This document shows positions 59,194 to 63,380 of a DNA stretch of 63,380 nucleotides, in pieces. The position numbers were made by a program, and so were the translations under genes. Position 1 is the stretch's first letter, and every line of letters begins with the position of its first letter. The notes under the pieces were generated by a model that saw only the letters and a program-made list of their open reading frames with translations, was not told the DNA's origin and did not search any database. Origin of the DNA: Planctomycetota bacterium (GTDB lineage: Bacteria > Planctomycetota > UBA1135 > GCA-002748355); contig NYZE01000009.1 of the NCBI GenBank assembly GCA_002685965.1, positions 2,882 to 66,261 on the forward strand. Reading direction: 5' to 3'.

Positions 59194-61452
59194 ATGAAAG
59201 TGCCCCTCGAGATCGCCCGTTCCCGCTACCAGATTCAGGGCCAACTGCACGAGCAAGCGCGTGCGCTGCTGGCCCGTCCGTTGACCCTGGCCGAGAAAAT
59301 TCTGTTCGCGCACCGTGCCGAACCGGAGGACGCGCCGCCCAAGCGCGGCCACGACATGGGTCGCCTGCATCCAGACCGGGTGGTCATGCAGGACGCGACC
59401 GCCCAGATGGCGATCCTGCAGTTCATCTCGGCCGGTCTGCCCGAGGTGGCCCTGCCGACGACGGTGCACTGCGATCACTTGATCCAGGCACGCGACGGCG
59501 CCGCTGAGGATCTCGCCCGCGCCGAGAATGACAACGGTGAGGTCTATCGCTTCCTCGCGTCCGCGTCCGCGAAGTACGGGATGGGATTCTGGAAGCCAGG
59601 CTCGGGGATCATCCACCAGGTCGTGTTCGAGAACTATGCCTTCCCGGGCGGCCTGTTCATCGGCACCGACAGCCACACGCCAAACGCGGGCGGCCTCGGC
59701 ATGCTGGCGATCGGCGTCGGTGGCGCTGACGCAGTGGATGCGATGGTCGGCATGCCGTGGGAAGTGCTCTGGCCGAAGCTCGTCGGTGTCAAGCTGACGG
59801 GTGAGCTGAGCGGTTGGGCCGCTTCGAAGGACGTAATCCTGCGACTGCTCGACGTCCTGACGGTTGCCGGTGGCACCGGCAAGATCGTCGAGTACTTCGG
59901 ACCTGGCGCAGCGTCGCTGTCGTGCACGGGCAAGGGCACGATCACGAACATGGGCGCCGAACTCGGCGCAACGACATCGGTGTTCCCGTTCGACAGCCGC
60001 ATGCTCGACTATCTCAAGGCGACCGGCCGCGACGAGTTGGCCGCGCTCGCGCTCGAGCACGAGTCGGAACTCGTCGCCGATGCCGAGGTCCTCGACAACC
60101 CGAGCGATTTCTTCGACGAAGTCGTCGAGATCGATCTCTCGGAACTCGAAGCTGGCCTGGTCGGACCGCACACGCCGGACCTCCTGCACAACATGTCGGA
60201 GATGAAAGGGCACGCCGAGCAGGAGGGTTACCCAACGAATCTGTCGGCGGCGCTGATCGGCAGCTGCACCAACTCGTCGTACGAAGACCTCGGCCGTGCT
60301 GCGCACGTCGCACGCCAAGCGATCACCAAGGGCCTCTCGCCGAAGGTGCCGTTCTTCGTCAGTCCGGGCTCGGATGCCGTGCAGAGCACGACTGAGCGCG
60401 ATGGCCAACTCGCGACCTTGCGCGAGCTGGGTGCGACCATCCTGTCGAACTCCTGCGGGCCGTGCATCGGCCAATGGTCACGTCCCGAGCTCGAACCGGG
60501 CATTGCCAACTCCATCGTGTCGTCGTTCAACCGCAACTTCCCGGGACGAAACGACGGCAACCGCGAGACCCTGAGCTTCCTCGGCAGTCCGGAGCTTGTC
60601 ACCGCGCTGTCGCTCGCCGGCACGCTCGACTTCGACCCGGCAAACGACAGGCTCGTGGCCCAGGACGGGACCCAAGTGCAACTGGAGGCACCGACAGCGG
60701 ACGAACTGCCAGCCGCAGGCTTCGAGCGCGGTGATTCAGGCTATGTCGGGCCAGCGGAGGATCCGAGCGCCATGGCGGTCGAGGTCGCTGCCGACAGCAA
60801 CCGGCTCGCACTGCTGGAACCCTTCGCCGCGCCACAGCTGGAATGCGACTTCGAGAACCTGGCGCTACTGATCAAGGCGCAGGGCAAGTGCACGACCGAC
60901 CACATCTCGCCGGCCGGCTACTGGCTGCGCTTCCGCGGTCACATCGACAAGATCAGCGACAACATGTTCATCGGCGCGAACAACGCTTTCACCGAGAAGG
61001 TGGGCACCGCTCGCAACGTGCTGGACGCCGAGGTGGCGCCAGCAGCGTCGGTCGCGCGTGACTACAAGGCCAAGGGCCTGGGTTGGGTCGTCGTCGGCGA
61101 TCACAACTTCGGCGAAGGATCGAGCCGCGAGCACGCCGCCATGGAGCCGCGCCACCTCGGTGCGCGCGCCGTGATCGTCAAGAGCTTCGCCCGCATCCAC
61201 CAAACGAACCTGAAGAAGCAGGGCGTCCTGCCGCTGACATTCGTCGACGCCGCCGACTATGACAAGGTGCAGGACGGTGACCGCTTCGCGTTTCCGAACA
61301 TCGCCGAACTCGCCCCGGACCAAAACGTGACATGCGTGCTGCGCCACGTCGACGGCAACGAGGACCGCATCGATCTCGCCCATACCTTCACGGACGAGCA
61401 GATCGTCTGGTTCAAGGCGGGATCGGCCTTGAATGCCATCCGCGCGCTGTAG
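59194..61452 (+). CDS. aconitate hydratase (short, mitochondrial-type aconitase)
   Basis: ATG 59194. Motifs are LTLAEKILFAH, RVVMQDATAQMA, GTDSHTPNAGGLG, IGSCTNSSYED, NSCGPCIGQW and GEGSSREHAA. Length is ~752 aa. Confidence 0.9.
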   Translation: MKVPLEIARSRYQIQGQLHEQARALLARPLTLAEKILFAHRAEPEDAPPKRGHDMGRLHPDRVVMQDATAQMAILQFISAGLPEVALPTTVHCDHLIQARDGAAEDLARAENDNGEVYRFLASASAKYGMGFWKPGSGIIHQVVFENYAFPGGLFIGTDSHTPNAGGLGMLAIGVGGADAVDAMVGMPWEVLWPKLVGVKLTGELSGWAASKDVILRLLDVLTVAGGTGKIVEYFGPGAASLSCTGKGTITNMGAELGATTSVFPFDSRMLDYLKATGRDELAALALEHESELVADAEVLDNPSDFFDEVVEIDLSELEAGLVGPHTPDLLHNMSEMKGHAEQEGYPTNLSAALIGSCTNSSYEDLGRAAHVARQAITKGLSPKVPFFVSPGSDAVQSTTERDGQLATLRELGATILSNSCGPCIGQWSRPELEPGIANSIVSSFNRNFPGRNDGNRETLSFLGSPELVTALSLAGTLDFDPANDRLVAQDGTQVQLEAPTADELPAAGFERGDSGYVGPAEDPSAMAVEVAADSNRLALLEPFAAPQLECDFENLALLIKAQGKCTTDHISPAGYWLRFRGHIDKISDNMFIGANNAFTEKVGTARNVLDAEVAPAASVARDYKAKGLGWVVVGDHNFGEGSSREHAAMEPRHLGARAVIVKSFARIHQTNLKKQGVLPLTFVDAADYDKVQDGDRFAFPNIAELAPDQNVTCVLRHVDGNEDRIDLAHTFTDEQIVWFKAGSALNAIRAL

Positions 61453-61458
61453 GTAGCC

Positions 61459-62592
61459 CTAACGGATGAGGCGGTTCCGGGGGCTAAAGCACCTCAGGCT
61501 CAGCACGGCCATCGCCGTCGAGTAGATGCGCCCCCCAGACTTGCACCAGACCCCGATTGGATCCCAGGAGCCCGCTTCCTCATCGTTCTTGGACTGGTGC
61601 TGCAAGAGGGCCGGCTCGAGGGAGTCGCGCCAGATGGTGAGGAACGGTTCACCTAGGCTCGCGACGGCGTGTGAACCGTGGAACCAGTAGTAATAGTCGA
61701 TGCGGTCAGCCTGCCACCGAGGGGGCTTTGACAGCATCGTTCGCGCCGCGACAGCGAGCATTGGACTCTCGTCCGGCACGGCTCCCATGCGGAGACACGC
61801 CGCGAGCCCGAGCGCAGTCAAGGCCTCGGTCTTGTCCGCGGGGAACTTCTCGACCATGCCGACCTCCCGCGAAGACCTGCCGCCGCACCTGAGGTAGCCG
61901 ACGCGACGCGTCGTCGGGTCGGACACTTGGTCGTACCACGCCGCGGCGAACCGCAGTGCGTCCTTGTCAACGGCGAGGCCGTGGTCCTTGGCGGCTGTCA
62001 ACGCCAACACCATCCAACCGGTCATGGACGAGTCGTTCTGGCCATCGCGCGGGTAGTAGCGCCACACCTTGAACGGATTGCGAGCCTCCTGGATGTAGTT
62101 GACACTCAGCTGGCCGTGACGCTTGAGGGTTGCCAGCTTGGACAACCCGTAGCACTCGATCAGCGCCCAGGAACCGATTGCGTGGCAATACATGAACGTG
62201 CTCGCAGCCATGGTGCCGATGAGCCCGTTCTCGCCCTGCTGGTCCCGCAACCAGGCTGCACCGCGCTCCAATGCCTGTGCGTGGCGCCCCTCCCGCAATG
62301 TGGACCCATCAGCAAGCATCGCGAGCATCGTGAGCCCGGTGGTCGCGATGTCATGAATGCCGTTGGGCGACGGCCATCGGCCATCTTCTGCCTGGCCCCG
62401 GGCCAGCCAGTCCAGGCCCCTACGGACCGCGGCACGCGAGGAGGAACGGGACCGCCTCCGGCCCTTCGGGCGAACGATGATCGGCCCGTCTTTCGACGAA
62501 GCCTGCTGGCTCTTGCCGGGCTTTTCCTGCTTTCCCTGCTGTGCGGGCAAGGTGACACAAACAGCGAAGACACAAAGAGCTGCGACTGACAT
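61459..62592 (-). CDS. secreted prenyltransferase/squalene-oxidase repeat (terpenoid-cyclase-like alpha/alpha toroid) protein
   Basis: ATG 62592 gives signal peptide MSVAALCVFAVCVTLPAQ. Motifs are GLDWLARGQAEDGRW, TGLTMLAML, AAWLRDQQGENG and MTGWMVLAL. The ORF extension to 63195 is unlikely to be coding. Confidence 0.7.
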   Translation of the reverse strand: MSVAALCVFAVCVTLPAQQGKQEKPGKSQQASSKDGPIIVRPKGRRRSRSSSRAAVRRGLDWLARGQAEDGRWPSPNGIHDIATTGLTMLAMLADGSTLREGRHAQALERGAAWLRDQQGENGLIGTMAASTFMYCHAIGSWALIECYGLSKLATLKRHGQLSVNYIQEARNPFKVWRYYPRDGQNDSSMTGWMVLALTAAKDHGLAVDKDALRFAAAWYDQVSDPTTRRVGYLRCGGRSSREVGMVEKFPADKTEALTALGLAACLRMGAVPDESPMLAVAARTMLSKPPRWQADRIDYYYWFHGSHAVASLGEPFLTIWRDSLEPALLQHQSKNDEEAGSWDPIGVWCKSGGRIYSTAMAVLSLRCFSPRNRLIR

Positions 62593-62711
62593 GCATTTCT
62601 CCTGGCGGGCGATCACCCGCCGCACGAGAGCGTACCAGCCCCCAACGGCTCGTAACGTCGCTGGTTCAGAGGGAGCGCGAGGATTCCCGGTGGGGTGAGC
62701 TCGTACATGGA

Positions 62712-62745
62712 CGCGGCGTCCATGACCATCGTCATGGACGCCGCG
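62712..62745 (-). terminator. 13-bp perfect GC-rich hairpin between two minus-strand genes (terminator candidate)
   Basis: CGCGGCGTCCATG-ACCATCGT-CATGGACGCCGCG starts 45 nt downstream of stop 62790. A third copy of the arm (CATGGACGC, 62706-14) can pair alternatively. Confidence 0.4.
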
Positions 62746-62789
62746 CCGCATGTCGCCGGGCATCCTGCGCCCGGGTGACAATCGGTTGA

Positions 62790-63380
62790 TCAGTTGCCGA
62801 TGGAGCCTTCGCCACCGTTCGACAAGACCACGCCAAGCTTGTTGGCAGTCGGGTCGAAGACCAAGTACTGGAAGTACATCTTTAGGTTGCACAGCTTGGA
62901 CTCGGCGGGGACCGGGAACGAGACTGAGCCCGTGCCCGTACCGCTCGTCAGGAAGGCCATGACAACGTGACCGGCGGCGAGCACGCTGCAGCCCGGGGCT
63001 CCGGCCGATGTCAGATCCAGGGGCAGGTTCAGCGCACCCCACTTCGCCTTGGAGGCGCCCACCAAGAGGGCGGCGGCGCGGCTGGACGGCGCGAAACCGA
63101 GGTCGACGGAGAACGACTTTCCGTGGGACGGCAGACCGGTGTTGGTCAACGCGGGCACCTGGGCACCGGCATCGTTGTGGATCCGGTACTGCCACCTGAT
63201 GTTGCTCTGCAGCTCGCTCCAGTTGTTGCCGTTCCGCGCGTAGTGGTACGTCTGGTTGCCCGTGCTGACGGTCGACAGCACGAGCTTGTCGGCGTTGTCG
63301 AAGACGATCAGGAAGATGTCCGACTTGTTGACCTTCAACGTGGGCATCTTCGCCTGGTAGGTCTTGGCCGTCGTGCCAAC
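62790..63380 (-). CDS. secreted hypothetical protein, 3' part (frame stays open to the window edge), ending in the recurrent beta-rich module
   Basis: Stop TGA at 62790-92, with no stop upstream of MPTLKV up to nt 63380. The tail reads LNLPLDLTSAGAPGCSVLAAGHVVMAFLTSGTGTGSVSFPVPAESKLCNLKMYFQYLVFDPTANKLGVVLSNG. Confidence 0.55.
   Translation of the reverse strand, partial: VGTTAKTYQAKMPTLKVNKSDIFLIVFDNADKLVLSTVSTGNQTYHYARNGNNWSELQSNIRWQYRIHNDAGAQVPALTNTGLPSHGKSFSVDLGFAPSSRAAALLVGASKAKWGALNLPLDLTSAGAPGCSVLAAGHVVMAFLTSGTGTGSVSFPVPAESKLCNLKMYFQYLVFDPTANKLGVVLSNGGEGSIGN

Overview
High-GC bacterial chromosomal segment (hand counts of sample lines give about 57-65% G+C). It is densely coding: about 55 CDS and one tRNA-Arg(CCT). 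I recognised no rRNA, CRISPR array, transposase, integrase or phage gene. The source looks like an environmental Gram-negative (Planctomycetota, Myxococcota or Acidobacteriota-like), but I cannot resolve it from the sequence. The hints are signal peptides ending in A-Q, many lipoboxes, a Planctomycete-type cytochrome c (PSCyt) lipoprotein and a full MoxR/Bat operon.

Content in order:
- Two secreted proteins of unknown function, one a TolB-like propeller.
- A 12.4-kb run of eight co-directional, translationally coupled, secreted amidohydrolase-superfamily paralogues (2218-14575).
- A SnoaL-like protein, then a GT-C membrane glycosyltransferase plus PSCyt lipoprotein operon, then tRNA-Arg.
- A hydrolase operon: S15 peptidase, SGNH hydrolase, EEP nuclease/phosphatase.
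- A WbsX-like protein, AceK plus an ATP-grasp ligase, secreted MsrAB, DUF547, DUF4097 and cysteine synthase.
- A MoxR/DUF58/BatA-E aerotolerance-type operon interrupted by an antisense Zn-dehydrogenase gene.
- An SGNH/GT2/GT4/GT4 glycan cluster and a SlyD plus PQQ-like propeller pair.
- A thioredoxin-like gene split by a single in-frame TGA.
- A Zn-dehydrogenase, an octahaem cytochrome-TPR protein, a DHH phosphoesterase, AMMECR1, aconitase and a prenyltransferase-repeat protein.

The most unusual items are:
1. The eight-gene (nine-module) amidohydrolase array. Only two modules keep the HxH metal motif, and the HxH-less members carry long polycationic linkers.
2. A candidate selenocysteine (C-x-U) thioredoxin-fold protein that the ORF track splits into two ORFs.
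3. A beta-rich module that recurs in four secreted proteins.

All family calls come from motif recognition by eye. No searches were run.
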